A DNA stretch of 64,000 nt from positions 2,933-66,932 of the forward strand of contig JBHEMW010000062.1 of the NCBI GenBank assembly GCA_046262395.1, read 5' to 3'. The DNA is from Sphingomicrobium sp. (lineage in GTDB: Bacteria > Pseudomonadota > Alphaproteobacteria > Sphingomonadales > Sphingomonadaceae). The translations under genes were made by a program, and so were the position numbers. Position 1 is the stretch's first letter, and every line of letters begins with the position of its first letter. Of this stretch, positions 29,377 through 39,517 are shown piece after piece. The notes under the pieces were generated by a model. The model made no database searches. It was given only the letters and a program-made list of their open reading frames with translations, and was not told the DNA's origin.

Positions 29377-29616
29377 ATGAAAATGTTCACCGAACATCCC
29401 CGCTCACTCGGTATGAACTGGACGGAGCATAGTATCGGAGCACTGGCCATCGGGGGTACGCTGGTGGTCGCCGGCGCCGCCTGCATTGTCCATGCACTGC
29501 TTCCCAGCCTGTTCACCGAAACGGCGGGACGGACCGTCAAGTCGCTTCATGAGCGCATGACCCACCGCCGCGCGGCCGCGCCCAACCCGAACTTCTGGCC
29601 TGAATATGAAATCTAG
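29377..29616 (+). CDS. small conserved membrane protein (family not confidently recalled)
   Basis: 79 aa with a gggagga Shine-Dalgarno sequence upstream and one hydrophobic span (GALAIGGTLVVAGAACIVHALLP). Confidence 0.5.
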   Translation: MKMFTEHPRSLGMNWTEHSIGALAIGGTLVVAGAACIVHALLPSLFTETAGRTVKSLHERMTHRRAAAPNPNFWPEYEI

Positions 29617-29652
29617 CTCGCGGCAGCGATCCGGTCTCCGGAGGAGACGGAG

Positions 29653-30264
29653 ATGAGCGCATCCCCCGACGACGGCGATCTTTATCGGCCCGCGCCGAAG
29701 ATTCCCGTCCCGGACGAAGTCGCGGACGCCGTGCGAACGCTGATCCGCTGGGCCGGCGACGATCCCGATCGCGAAGGCCTGCTCGACACGCCGCTGCGGG
29801 TTGCGCGCGCGTGGAAGGAGTATGCGCGGGGCTATGAAGAGGACCCCGGCGACCATCTCAGCCGCACCTTCGAAGAGGTCGGCGGCTACGACGAGATCGT
29901 GCTCCTCAAGAACATCCCCTTTCAGTCGCACTGCGAACACCATCTGGCGCCGATCATCGGTAAGGCCGCGATCGCCTATCTTCCGCGCGACCGGGTAGTC
30001 GGGATCTCCAAGCTGGCGCGCGTCCTGCATGGATACGCGCGGCGGCTGCAGGTCCAGGAGCGGCTAACGGCGGAAGTGGCCGACTGCATTTGCACGCACC
30101 TGAACCCACTTGGCGTGGCGGTGGTGATCGAAGCCAGCCACGCCTGCATGAGCGCGCGCGGCGTCAATACGCCTGGCGTGATGATGACCACCAGCCGCAT
30201 GATGGGCGTGTTCCGCGAGGATGAGCGCAGCCGCCGCGAAGTGCTCGCGCTGATGGGTTATTAG
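29653..30264 (+). CDS. folE: GTP cyclohydrolase I
   Basis: [16 protein letters not shown] and [15 protein letters not shown] motifs. Confidence 0.92.
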   Translation: MSASPDDGDLYRPAPKIPVPDEVADAVRTLIRWAGDDPDREGLLDTPLRVARAWKEYARGYEEDPGDHLSRTFEEVGGYDEIVLLKNIPFQSHCEHHLAPIIGKAAIAYLPRDRVVGISKLARVLHGYARRLQVQERLTAEVADCICTHLNPLGVAVVIEASHACMSARGVNTPGVMMTTSRMMGVFREDERSRREVLALMGY

Positions 30265-31001
30265 GCAGGCGGATCCGCGCTTGGGGTGGCCTCGCCGTAA
30301 CGCGACTGGATGAACCGCCCTTGGGTCTCGAAGGCAGCGACGTCGCCGCGCGCGAGGTCGGCGGCGACCTCATCGAGTCTCGCGCGGCCAGCAGCGAGTC
30401 CTTCGACCAAACGCTGATCAACGCTGACGCCTTCGCTGTCGAGCTCGGCCCGGTAGGTAGCCGGCACGTGGGCATAGCGATCGATCAACCCCGGCAGGTG
30501 GATCGACATCAATCGCCGCGCGTCCTGCGCCGCCGGATCGAGCGTCTCCACGCGCACCAGCGTCTCCTTCAGCCTAGGCAGCAGCGCGCTGATCCTGTCG
30601 AGCTCGGTCTGGGCGGGGGCGGGGAGCGCGCCGCGGCTGCGGAACAGATAGCTGTCGAAACGGTCGACCATCGGCCCATTGGGAAGGCCGGGCGTCACCG
30701 CCGGCGGCGCCACCGCATCGCGCACCGGCATGGCAATCAGCACGGCAGCGAGGCCGACCGCCAGCGCGACCGCCGCGAGAAATCCAAACATGCCGATCGG
30801 CATCACGAGACCGACGATAATGGTCAGGAGGCCCACCGCGGCAATGGCCATCCCCACCCGGCCGGCAGTGCGGGTGAGGCCGGAGTTAAGCCGCTGGCGC
30901 TCTCTTCGAGCGGCGTCGCGAACGGTCCCGTCGCGCGCGTCCAGCGACTGGGTGACGCGATCGAACCGCGCGATCGCCCGCTCCACCTTGTCGGTCGTCA
31001 T
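30261..31001 (-). CDS. XpaC-like (5-bromo-4-chloroindolyl phosphate hydrolysis family) membrane protein
   Basis: Two central TM spans and a helical C-terminus. Sits immediately downstream of telA, as in the xpaC-yaaN/telA pairing. Confidence 0.55.
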   Translation of the reverse strand: MTTDKVERAIARFDRVTQSLDARDGTVRDAARRERQRLNSGLTRTAGRVGMAIAAVGLLTIIVGLVMPIGMFGFLAAVALAVGLAAVLIAMPVRDAVAPPAVTPGLPNGPMVDRFDSYLFRSRGALPAPAQTELDRISALLPRLKETLVRVETLDPAAQDARRLMSIHLPGLIDRYAHVPATYRAELDSEGVSVDQRLVEGLAAGRARLDEVAADLARGDVAAFETQGRFIQSRYGEATPSADPPA

Positions 31002-31011
31002 CGGCAGCCGC

Positions 31012-32214
31012 TCACCTCGCCTCGATTGGGGTCAGTGGCGATGAGGATGCCTCGAGTCGCCCTTGATTCACGCCCTCGGCCCGCGCGATGTAGCCCTTCG
31101 ATTTCTCCACCTCCGAGCCGAGCGTGTCGACCGTCTGCTTCATGTTGGTGAGCGCTTCCAGCTTGAACCGGTCGATCTGATCCATGGTATCGTAGATATT
31201 CTGGAAGGCGCGTTGCAGCGTCTCAAGCGGGATCGTCGACGATGCGGCCTGGGCGTGGATCGCGCCGGTCTGCGTGCGCAGCATCTCGCCGGTCGAATCG
31301 ATCATGTTCGCGGTCGTCGTGTTAAGCGCGGTGACCTGCTCCAGCACGAGCTTCTGGTTGGTCATCGCCTGCGCCACCGTCACCGCCGTGCGCAATGCGG
31401 ACACGGTCGTCGTTGAAGCGCGATCAACGCCCTTGACCAACTCGACATTGTTCTTCTTGACGAGATCGAGCGCGAGATAGCCCTGCACCGTCACGGCCAT
31501 CTGCGTCAGCAGGTCGGTCGTCCGCTGCCGGGTGTAGAACAGGGCGGTCTCCCGGATTGCCTTGGCTTTTGCGGGATCGGTCGAATCGAGCTCGGCCGCC
31601 TTGTCCTCGAGCTTCTGATCGAGGCTCTTCGAGATGTGAATCATCTGCTCCAGCCGATGCATCGTCTTCCACAGCGCGGCGCGCTCGGTGTCGATCGCGG
31701 CATTGTCCATCAGCAGCTCGTCCTTGCCATTGGTCAGGCTGCTGAGGATTTTGGAGATGTGGCTCTGAGAGCTGCGATATTTGTCGAAATAGCGGTCGAC
31801 CCTGTTGCCGAACGGAATGATGCCGAGCAGCTTACGGCTCTTCGTCGCTTGCTTGGGGTCCAGCGCTTCGACGGTGCGGCGCAGTTCGGTGAGGTCGGCG
31901 CCGATGCCGCTGTCCTTGTCGATCGCCTTGACCGGCCGGTCGAGGAACCGGTTCGAGGCGCCCGCGGCATCGGCGATTTCCTTGCGGCCCATGGCCGTCA
32001 GCTGATCGACTTTCTTGCCGAACTCGGGACTGTTGCTGTCTAGGGCAGCAAGCTCATCGACATATTTCGCAACGCGGCTGTCGAGCTCGCTGGTTTCCTC
32101 CGTTTTCAGCGGGACTAGTCCAGCAGCCTCCTGAACCGCGATCGGCTGCAGCGCCTCGGGCGGATCGAGCTTCAGCTTGGTTGCCGTTGCCGTGGTCGTC
32201 GGATCGCTCGCCAT
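31012..32214 (-). CDS. TelA/toxic anion resistance family protein
   Basis: 400 aa, helical; N-terminal region ...SPEFGKKVDQLTAMGRKEIADAAGASNRFLDRPVKAI... resembles the TelA/KlaA/YaaN family. Confidence 0.75.
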   Translation of the reverse strand: MASDPTTTATATKLKLDPPEALQPIAVQEAAGLVPLKTEETSELDSRVAKYVDELAALDSNSPEFGKKVDQLTAMGRKEIADAAGASNRFLDRPVKAIDKDSGIGADLTELRRTVEALDPKQATKSRKLLGIIPFGNRVDRYFDKYRSSQSHISKILSSLTNGKDELLMDNAAIDTERAALWKTMHRLEQMIHISKSLDQKLEDKAAELDSTDPAKAKAIRETALFYTRQRTTDLLTQMAVTVQGYLALDLVKKNNVELVKGVDRASTTTVSALRTAVTVAQAMTNQKLVLEQVTALNTTTANMIDSTGEMLRTQTGAIHAQAASSTIPLETLQRAFQNIYDTMDQIDRFKLEALTNMKQTVDTLGSEVEKSKGYIARAEGVNQGRLEASSSPLTPIEAR

Positions 32215-32426
32215 TCCCTTACCCTCTCATGGCTATCCTGCGAATGACGGTGGACGGCCCACCTTCGCCGCGCAAGCAGCTTCGACTGTATTATAGCTCT
32301 AACACGGGCACCTTCAAGGGGAACGATGGCGGGTGCTGACCGTGGCGTTAACCGGATGTTGGAACGTTTCGCTCACCTAGGCGCGGCTATCGGACGATGC
32401 AGATGCGCATGTCGTGGGGAGCGGTG

Positions 32427-33662
32427 ATGCTGAACAAATTGCGGGAACTGTGGAGCGACCGCCGCGGCAACGCACTCATCATCGCCGCTGGCGCCCTGCC
32501 TCTGATCATTGGCTCGGCGGGCCTCGCCAGTGATACGATTCAGTGGACCCTGTGGAAGCGCCAGCTACAACGTGCTGCGGACTCCGCCGCAATTTCGGGC
32601 GCTTATGCAAGGATTGAGGGTACGTCGGCCAGTGACGCGGTCACCACGGATCTTACCAAGAACAACCAACTGTGGGTCCCACTGCTGAGCGGCTACCCCC
32701 AGACCACGACCCCAGCGAACACGACCACCTGGAGCCACCAGGTGCAAGTCGTGCTTGCCGTGCAGCAGAAGCTCGGCTTCTCATCCGTATTCATTTCGAC
32801 GCCACCCATGATCACGGCGACAGCCAAGGCAGCAGCCGTTGACGACGGAGCATTCTGCGTCGTGTCGCTTGAGCACAGCTCCGACCCGGGAATCACGATC
32901 CAGGGAAGCACAACCACAAACCTGGGCTGCGGGGCCATTTCTGACTCAATCGCGGTGACGACCTCGGTGAACACAAACGGTGCGGCGTACAATTTCGCTT
33001 CGTCGATCGTCGCCGCTGTTGGCGGTTTGCCGGCCACCATCACGGGCTCGGCAAACCTGCAACCATACCATCTGGCGCAGCCAGACCCTTACGAAGGGCT
33101 GGACACGTCGGTTCCATCGGGAACGAGTTGCACAAATTTTAACAGCCACATAGTCTCTACCTCCGGGAGTGTCACCACGATCAGCCCAGGCTGCTACAAT
33201 TCGTGGGACAAGAACGGAAACTACGCGATGCAGCCGGGAACCTATTACCTCAACAACACTGATTTCGACCGAACCGGCAACGGCACGCTCACCGGAACGG
33301 GCGTGACGATCGTGCTCACTGGCAGCAACCCTGGTACGGTGAAAACGAACGGCACCTCATCGATCAACCTCAGCGCTCCCACCACAGGAGCCTTCGCGAA
33401 AATTCTTATCGCTCAAAGTACGGCTGCGGGCGTGGATAACAACAACACGATCAATGGCACGAATTCTTCTACATATGACGGGGCGCTGTATTTCCCGAAG
33501 GGGCTAATCAACTTCACGGGGACAACAGGCGCGATCTCTAAGTGCCTTATGGTGGTCTCCAAGAAGGTAAACTTTGCCGGCAACTCCAACATCCAAAATG
33601 ACGTGAACGGCTGCACCGCCAATACGACCGTCACCGGCAAGAAAATTCGGTTGGTCGCATGA
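32427..33662 (+). CDS. TadG-like Flp pilus assembly (pseudopilin-like) protein
   Basis: N-terminal RRGNALIIAAGALPLIIGSAGLASD TadG/TadE-type segment and a T/N/G-rich C-terminal region (GALYFPKGLINFTG). Confidence 0.7.
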   Translation: MLNKLRELWSDRRGNALIIAAGALPLIIGSAGLASDTIQWTLWKRQLQRAADSAAISGAYARIEGTSASDAVTTDLTKNNQLWVPLLSGYPQTTTPANTTTWSHQVQVVLAVQQKLGFSSVFISTPPMITATAKAAAVDDGAFCVVSLEHSSDPGITIQGSTTTNLGCGAISDSIAVTTSVNTNGAAYNFASSIVAAVGGLPATITGSANLQPYHLAQPDPYEGLDTSVPSGTSCTNFNSHIVSTSGSVTTISPGCYNSWDKNGNYAMQPGTYYLNNTDFDRTGNGTLTGTGVTIVLTGSNPGTVKTNGTSSINLSAPTTGAFAKILIAQSTAAGVDNNNTINGTNSSTYDGALYFPKGLINFTGTTGAISKCLMVVSKKVNFAGNSNIQNDVNGCTANTTVTGKKIRLVA

Positions 33663-34123
33663 TCCGGATTCTGAAACAGCTTCGAGCAGACCAGCAGGGC
33701 GCTGCCGTGATCGAAATGGCTTTCGTCGCGCCGCTTCTTGCCGCCGTGCTTGTCGGGATGGTCGATCTTAGCGGGGCCTATTCGAAGAAGCTGCAGCTGG
33801 AACAGGCGGCGCAGCGCACCATCGAGAAAGCACAGCAGACGGTCGTCGACCAAGACTCCGGCTTTCTTGCAACCCTGAAGGTCGAGGCTGCATCGGCAGC
33901 GGGCGTCCCGGTGACGCAAGTCACCGTCGACTGGTGGCTTGAATGTAATGGTGTTCGCCAGACGCTGTATTCGGTGGTCTGCCCGAACGGGACGACCTAC
34001 GCGCGGTACGTGACGGTCGATGTTTGGGATAATTACACCCCGACGATCAATGCGCGATTCGCGGGCTCCAATGCGGACGGCAGCTTCACCCTCCACGGCA
34101 AGTCCGGGTTGAGGACTCAATGA
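33659..34123 (+). CDS. TadE-like protein
   Basis: DQQGAAVIEMAFVAPLLAAVLVGMVD TadE N-terminal motif. ATGA-type overlap with neighbours on both sides. Confidence 0.75.
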   Translation: MIRILKQLRADQQGAAVIEMAFVAPLLAAVLVGMVDLSGAYSKKLQLEQAAQRTIEKAQQTVVDQDSGFLATLKVEAASAAGVPVTQVTVDWWLECNGVRQTLYSVVCPNGTTYARYVTVDVWDNYTPTINARFAGSNADGSFTLHGKSGLRTQ

Positions 34124-34515
34124 TGCGCAACAGGAACTTGAGCCAGGACCAACGTGGCGCCAGCACCGTAGAGATTGCTTTGGTTTTGCCGGTGCTGATC
34201 CTGTTCATCTATGGAATTTTCGTGGTGGCGACGATGTTCCAGGCGAACGCCGGCATGCAGCACGCGCTCGGCGAGGGCGCGCGCTATGCGAACCTGTATC
34301 CGACGCCGACCAACCCCCAGATTGCGGCGCGCATGGACTCTAAAGTATTCGGCTCTTCTGGCGGCACCTTCACCTCATCGGTCGCGGACGCGCCGAGCGG
34401 GAGCAGCGGCTACAAGACGCTGACCGTGACGTACACAATGCCTGTCAACTTCCTGTTCTTCACGTCGAACGACCTCAATCTCACGCGCACGAAGAAGGTC
34501 TACACGGCGAGCTAG
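34120..34515 (+). CDS. TadE-like protein
   Basis: DQRGASTVEIALVLPVLILFIYGIF TadE N-terminal motif. Confidence 0.75.
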   Translation: MMRNRNLSQDQRGASTVEIALVLPVLILFIYGIFVVATMFQANAGMQHALGEGARYANLYPTPTNPQIAARMDSKVFGSSGGTFTSSVADAPSGSSGYKTLTVTYTMPVNFLFFTSNDLNLTRTKKVYTAS

Positions 34516-35270
34516 CCGGCGCGCGCCGCGAAGAAGCGGGCGATCGCCTGTTTGACGTCGTCCGACGCCAGCCGTTCGCTGAAGTGCCCGTTTTCGATTT
34601 CCATCCGCTCCAGCACCGCCTTGCGATTGCCCTGGCGAAGCAGCCGTTGCGTGAGCCGTGATGCTTCTTGTGGCTTGGAGAGCAATGCAGCCGTCGTCCG
34701 CTGCAGCGCTTCGCCGAGTGCGCCTCTTGTCACGACATGACTGACGATGCCCATCGCCAACGCCTCCTCGGCCCCGAAAGGTTCGCCCAGCAGCAACGTG
34801 CGGGCGGCCGCTCTGCGCCCTGCAAGCTGCGGCATCAGTAGCGAGCTCGCGGCTTCGGGCACCAGCCCCAGGTCGACGAACGGCATGATGAAGCGGCAGC
34901 CTTCCTCCGCCAGCACCAAGTCGCAGTGTAGCAGCATGGTCGTTCCAATCCCAACCGCATTGCCCTGAACAGCGGCGACGATCGGCACTGGGTTTACGGC
35001 CAGCGCTCGAAGCAGCCGCCAGACGGGAATGTCATCGCCAACGGTGGACGGTGGCTCGGCCACAAAATCGGCGAGGTCGTTGCCGGCGGTGAAGTCCACC
35101 CCCTCGCCGCGAAGGGTAATGACGCGCACATCCGCATCTTGCGCGGCGCTCTCGATCGCGTCCGCGAGCGCTGCGTACATCGCGGCGGTGATCGCATTGC
35201 GTCGCTCGGCGCGCGCAAGGGTGATGGCCAGCACGCCGTCGGCCCGATCGATCCGCACATGCTCGCTCAT
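34512..35270 (-). CDS. enoyl-CoA hydratase/isomerase family protein
   Basis: Crotonase-fold signature region FTAGNDLADF...VAAVQGNAVGIGTTMLLHCD. Confidence 0.85.
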   Translation of the reverse strand: MSEHVRIDRADGVLAITLARAERRNAITAAMYAALADAIESAAQDADVRVITLRGEGVDFTAGNDLADFVAEPPSTVGDDIPVWRLLRALAVNPVPIVAAVQGNAVGIGTTMLLHCDLVLAEEGCRFIMPFVDLGLVPEAASSLLMPQLAGRRAAARTLLLGEPFGAEEALAMGIVSHVVTRGALGEALQRTTAALLSKPQEASRLTQRLLRQGNRKAVLERMEIENGHFSERLASDDVKQAIARFFAARAG

Positions 35271-35353
35271 TTCCTGGCTCCTGCTCGAATCGGGTGACCT
35301 GACCTCGCGCGCCAGCTATCGGGGCGAGACAGCCGTGAGCCAAGGGATGCGCC

Positions 35354-36007
35354 ATGAAATTCTTCGTCGATACTGCCGACATCGCCGAGATCCGTGAGCT
35401 CGCCGACACCGGGCTGCTCGACGGAGTCACGACCAATCCGTCCCTCATCAAGAAGGCGGGTCGCGACTTCATCGAGACGGTGCGCGAGATCGCGACGATA
35501 ACGGACGGGCCGATTTCGGCCGAGGTTGTCGCGCTCGACTATGACGGGATGATGCGCGAGGCCGAGGTGCTGCGGAAAATCGCCAGGAACATCGCGATCA
35601 AGGTTCCGCTGACTCGTGATGGCCTGAAGGCGTGCAAGAGGCTGACCGGCGATGGCACGCTGGTCAACGTGACGCTCTGCTTCTCGGCCGCCCAGGCGCT
35701 GATCGCGGCGAAGGCTGGAGCAAGCTTCATCTCGCCGTTTGTCGGACGGCATGACGATGTCGGCTTCAACGGCATGGATCTGATCGCCGACATCCGCATG
35801 ATCTACGCCAATTACGATTATTCGACCGAAATCCTCGTCGCCAGCGTGCGCCACCCGATGCACATCGTCGAAGCCGCGAAGATCGGCGCCGATGTGGCAA
35901 CCGCCCCGACCAAGGTGCTGATGCAGCTGTTCAACCATCCCCTGACCGACCTCGGCATCGCCGGCTTTCTCAAGGACTGGCAGGCGACCGGCCAAGCGAT
36001 CGGCTAA
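35354..36007 (+). CDS. fsa: fructose-6-phosphate aldolase / short-form transaldolase
   Basis: [16 protein letters not shown]...GVTTNPSL and ISPFVGR (Schiff-base Lys region); 217 aa. Confidence 0.88.
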   Translation: MKFFVDTADIAEIRELADTGLLDGVTTNPSLIKKAGRDFIETVREIATITDGPISAEVVALDYDGMMREAEVLRKIARNIAIKVPLTRDGLKACKRLTGDGTLVNVTLCFSAAQALIAAKAGASFISPFVGRHDDVGFNGMDLIADIRMIYANYDYSTEILVASVRHPMHIVEAAKIGADVATAPTKVLMQLFNHPLTDLGIAGFLKDWQATGQAIG

Positions 36008-36066
36008 CCCGAATCCAATCTGACCCAGCTACTGGAAATTAACTCGGCCACGCGTAAGCTGCCGGC

Positions 36067-36627
36067 ATGGGCAGGGTCATTCCCTTCGAAGAACGCGCCG
36101 TCGCGCACCTGCGCCAGCGGCTCGGGGCGGCTGAAGAGGCCAACCAGGACCTGATCGCCTTTGCGCGTGGCCACTCGGGCGCCGTCGCCTCGATCCACGA
36201 GGCGGTGCTTGCGGCGATCGACGCCGACGGCTTCGATGCGCTGATCCATATTGTGACGCAGGAATGGCCGTTGATCCTCGGCATCGACGCGGCTGCAGTG
36301 GCGCTGATCGTCGGCGACCAGGGCTTCCGGGCCGACGCCAACGGCGTGCAGATGGTCACGCCGCAACTGCTAGAGCGAACGATGGAAACCATTGACGGGG
36401 TCATGCTGCGCAATGTTGGACGCGGACATCCGCTGTTCGGTCCGGCGTCGACCCTGATCCGTTCCGAGGCGCTGATCAGGCTCGACGCCGACGCGCCGCT
36501 GCCGAGCGGCCTGCTGGTGCTCGGTCAACGTGAGGCGCAAAGCCTCGAAGGTCGCCACGGTTCGGAATTGCTGCTGTTCCTCGGGCGCAGCATCACCGCT
36601 ATGATGCGGCGGTGGCTGATCTCCTAA
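36067..36627 (+). CDS. DUF484 family protein
   Basis: 186 aa immediately upstream of and overlapping xerC, the usual DUF484 position. GAF-like C-terminal half. Confidence 0.7.
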   Translation: MGRVIPFEERAVAHLRQRLGAAEEANQDLIAFARGHSGAVASIHEAVLAAIDADGFDALIHIVTQEWPLILGIDAAAVALIVGDQGFRADANGVQMVTPQLLERTMETIDGVMLRNVGRGHPLFGPASTLIRSEALIRLDADAPLPSGLLVLGQREAQSLEGRHGSELLLFLGRSITAMMRRWLIS

Positions 36628-37553
36628 ACGCGGCAGACGACGCCGACCCTCACCCCGCTCGGGCGCTTGCGGCGCGCTGGGCTAGTCATCTGGCGCACGA
36701 TCGCCGCCGCTCCGCGCACACCGTGCGTGCCTATGTTGCCACGGCGCATCGCTTCGTCGATTTCCTCGCCCGCCATCGTGGCGAGCGGATCGGCCAGTTC
36801 GCGCTCCTGTCGCTGTCCGCCGCCGATCTTCGCGCCTTTCTGGCCGATCGCCGATCGAGCGGTCTCGGCGCCGCTTCCGCCGCGCGGGAGATGTCGGCCG
36901 TGCGTGGGTTCCTGACCTTTGCCGCCGAGGAGCAGGGCAATACGCCCCAGCTCCCCCGGACGCGCGCGCCGCGCCGTCCGCGAACGCTTCCCCGCCCCGC
37001 AAGCCCTGACGATGCCTTGGCACTCGCGAGCGAGGTGGGGGATCTCGCCAACGAGAACTGGGTAGGGCAGCGCGATTTGGCAATCCTGTTGCTGCTCTAC
37101 GGATCGGGCCTGCGCGTGTCCGAAGCTCTGTCGCTGAAGGGCAGCGTCGTGCCCCTCGCCGCGGCGCTGCGCGTCACCGGCAAGCGCGGCAAGACGCGCG
37201 TCGTACCGGTGCTGCCGGCGGTGCGCGAGGCGATCGAAACCTATGCCAAGGCGTGCCCTTGGCCGCTCGCCCCATCAGGCCCGCTCTTCGTGGGTGCGCG
37301 TGGCGGGCCGCTCAACGCCGATCTCGTCCGCCGCGCAGTGAGAGGTGCTCGGCACCGCCTTTGTCTGCCCGACAGTATCACCCCGCATGCGCTACGCCAC
37401 AGCTTCGCCACCCATCTGCTCGCGCGCGGTGCGGATCTTCGCTCGCTGCAGGAGTTGCTCGGCCATGCGAGCTTATCATCGACGCAAATCTATACGGCGG
37501 TGGACGCGGCCCACATGCTCGACGTTTACCGTCACGCGCACCCGCGCGCCTAG
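36612..37553 (+). CDS. xerC: site-specific tyrosine recombinase XerC
   Basis: TGKRGKTRVVP, HALRHSFATHLL and LLGHASLSSTQIYTAV catalytic motifs. Confidence 0.9.
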   Translation: MADLLNAADDADPHPARALAARWASHLAHDRRRSAHTVRAYVATAHRFVDFLARHRGERIGQFALLSLSAADLRAFLADRRSSGLGAASAAREMSAVRGFLTFAAEEQGNTPQLPRTRAPRRPRTLPRPASPDDALALASEVGDLANENWVGQRDLAILLLLYGSGLRVSEALSLKGSVVPLAAALRVTGKRGKTRVVPVLPAVREAIETYAKACPWPLAPSGPLFVGARGGPLNADLVRRAVRGARHRLCLPDSITPHALRHSFATHLLARGADLRSLQELLGHASLSSTQIYTAVDAAHMLDVYRHAHPRA

Positions 37554-38158
37554 CCAGGCTGCCCACGGGGTGATCGTCGCAGGACGCGCCACGCATATAG
37601 TGCGATCAACGCAAGGATGACGATGTTGGACAGCGGCCCGAGCCAGCGGTCGATGGCGCTAAAATGCTCGCCCAGCTTGAAACCAGCGCCGGCGAGAAGT
37701 GCGGTCCACAGCGCCGTGCCGACGGTCGATGCGATGGCAAATGTCAGGAAGCGCATTCGCAGCAGCCCGGCTGGGACCGAGATGATCGAGCGGATGGTCG
37801 GTAGCAGACGCCCGACACCGACGATCAGCCAGCCGCGCCGGCCGAACAAATGTTCCGCACGGACGATCTCTTCCCATTCGATGGTCAGCCATCGGCCCCA
37901 GCGAAGGATGAACGGCTTCAGCCGCACGATGCCCAGCGCGCGGGCCGCGAGGTACCAGAAGATATTGCCAAGCATGGCGCCGGCGGTGCCGCTAGCGATC
38001 ACCCCACCGAGGCTCATCTTGCCTTTCGCCGCGGCAGCCCCGGCGATTGGCATGATCACTTCCGACGGGATGGGGGGAAAGACCGTCTCCAGGAACATCA
38101 GAAAGCCGACGCCGAGATAGCCGGCCTGCTCGATCAGGCGAATGACCCAGTCGGACAC
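37550..38158 (-). CDS. DedA family membrane protein
   Basis: YLGVGFLMFLETVFPPIPSEVIMPIAG, the SNARE-associated/DedA signature. Confidence 0.85.
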   Translation of the reverse strand: MSDWVIRLIEQAGYLGVGFLMFLETVFPPIPSEVIMPIAGAAAAKGKMSLGGVIASGTAGAMLGNIFWYLAARALGIVRLKPFILRWGRWLTIEWEEIVRAEHLFGRRGWLIVGVGRLLPTIRSIISVPAGLLRMRFLTFAIASTVGTALWTALLAGAGFKLGEHFSAIDRWLGPLSNIVILALIALYAWRVLRRSPRGQPG

Positions 38159-38164
38159 CGCGCG

Positions 38165-39124
38165 TTAGCTCCGTGCTCGCTCGGCGAGCCGTGCCTCGAT
38201 CGCGTCCCAGATCATGCCCGGTGTATCGGTCCCGTTGAAACGGTCGATCGCGACGATGCCCGTTGGCGACGTGACATTGATTTCTGTCAAATGCCCGCCG
38301 ATCACGTCGATGCCGACGAAGGCCAGTCCCCGGCGCTTGAGCTCCGGTCCAAGCACGGCGCAGATTTCCCGCTCGCGCTCCGTCAGTTCGGTGACTTCCG
38401 CCGATCCGCCGGCGGCGAGGTTCGACCGGATCTCGCCGCCGGCGGGCCGACGGTTGATCGCCCCCGCGACCTCGCCATCGACCAACACGATGCGTTTGTC
38501 GCCGTCTGCCACCGATGGAAGGAATGCCTGGGCAATGAACGGCTCTTGCCAAACCGCGCCGAATAGTTCGGCAAGCGCCGCCAGATTGTCGCCATCGCGG
38601 CCGATGCGGAACACGGCGGCGCCGGCATTGCCGTGCAGCGGCTTGATGACGATCTCGCCATGCCGGGCATGGAACGCCCGCAACTCCTCGAGCGAGCGGG
38701 TGATCAGCGTCGCCGGCATGAACTGCGCGAAATCGAGCACGAACAGCTTTTCGGGCGCATCGCGGACGCTGCGCGGATCGTTGACCACCAAAGTCTGCGC
38801 GGCGACCCGCTCGAGCAAATAGGTTGCGGTGATGTAGCCGATATCGAACGGCGGATCCTGCCGCATCAGCACGACGTCCACATCCTTGGCGAGATCGAGC
38901 GCCACCGGGCTACCGGCAGTGAAGTGATCGCCCTCTACCCGCTGCACCGTCACCGGACGGGCTCGGGTCCGTACCCGTCCATCCTCATAGGCGAGATCAC
39001 TTGCTTGATAGGTGAACAATCGGTGTCCGCGCGCCTGTGCGGATAACATCAGCGCGAAGGTTGAATCGCCCGCGATCGCGATCGATTCGATCGGATCCAT
39101 CTGGACGGCAACACGGAGCGACAT
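38165..39124 (-). CDS. gshB: glutathione synthetase
   Basis: MRQDPPFD, ATP-grasp region VIKPLHGNAG, and NLAAGG...VGIDVIG. Confidence 0.9.
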   Translation of the reverse strand: MSLRVAVQMDPIESIAIAGDSTFALMLSAQARGHRLFTYQASDLAYEDGRVRTRARPVTVQRVEGDHFTAGSPVALDLAKDVDVVLMRQDPPFDIGYITATYLLERVAAQTLVVNDPRSVRDAPEKLFVLDFAQFMPATLITRSLEELRAFHARHGEIVIKPLHGNAGAAVFRIGRDGDNLAALAELFGAVWQEPFIAQAFLPSVADGDKRIVLVDGEVAGAINRRPAGGEIRSNLAAGGSAEVTELTEREREICAVLGPELKRRGLAFVGIDVIGGHLTEINVTSPTGIVAIDRFNGTDTPGMIWDAIEARLAERARS

Positions 39125-39155
39125 GGCCCGCGCCTAGGCGAGCAACCTCGCTTTG

Positions 39156-39512
39156 TCACCCGTCCCACACGCCGGGCAGATGCCGGGGCAGGCGCCGAGG
39201 AACGATGAACAGCGCATCGATGCGGATGTCGTCACCAGGGCGGGCGTAGCGAAGCGCAAGCCGCTCGGCGGCCGCCGCGACCCGGCGCAGACGATGGCGA
39301 TCGAGTGCAAAACCGGCCGCTTCCTCGGTCCGGCGCGCCTTGACCTCGACGAAGGCGACGATGCGGCCGCGCCGGGCAACGATGTCCACTTCGCCGCCGG
39401 CCACCCGTGCACGCCGCGCGAGGATGGTCCAGCCGTGAAGGCGCAGCCACCAGGCGGCGATGGTCTCCGCGCGGCGCCCAGCGCGCTCAGCAACGGCGCG
39501 GTTCCGGGTCAG
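39156..39512 (-). CDS. yraN: YraN family (UPF0102) protein, start codon unresolved
   Basis: GRRAETIAAWWLRLHGWTILARRARVAGGEVDIVARRGRIVAFVEVKAR matches the YraN core. No ATG/GTG/TTG lies upstream of the conserved N-terminus; 39512 is a CTG. Confidence 0.65.
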   Translation of the reverse strand: MTRNRAVAERAGRRAETIAAWWLRLHGWTILARRARVAGGEVDIVARRGRIVAFVEVKARRTEEAAGFALDRHRLRRVAAAAERLALRYARPGDDIRIDALFIVPRRLPRHLPGVWDG

Positions 39513-39517
39513 GCCGA

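Noticed and set aside
29278-34515. Genomic island integrated at tRNA-Arg(CCT).
   Set aside because: There is no integrase next to the tRNA, and I saw no repeat of the tRNA 3-prime end (ggttcgagtccctccggggcc) downstream. folE and xpaC/telA look like core genes. Only the Tad-like trio shows weaker GC3.
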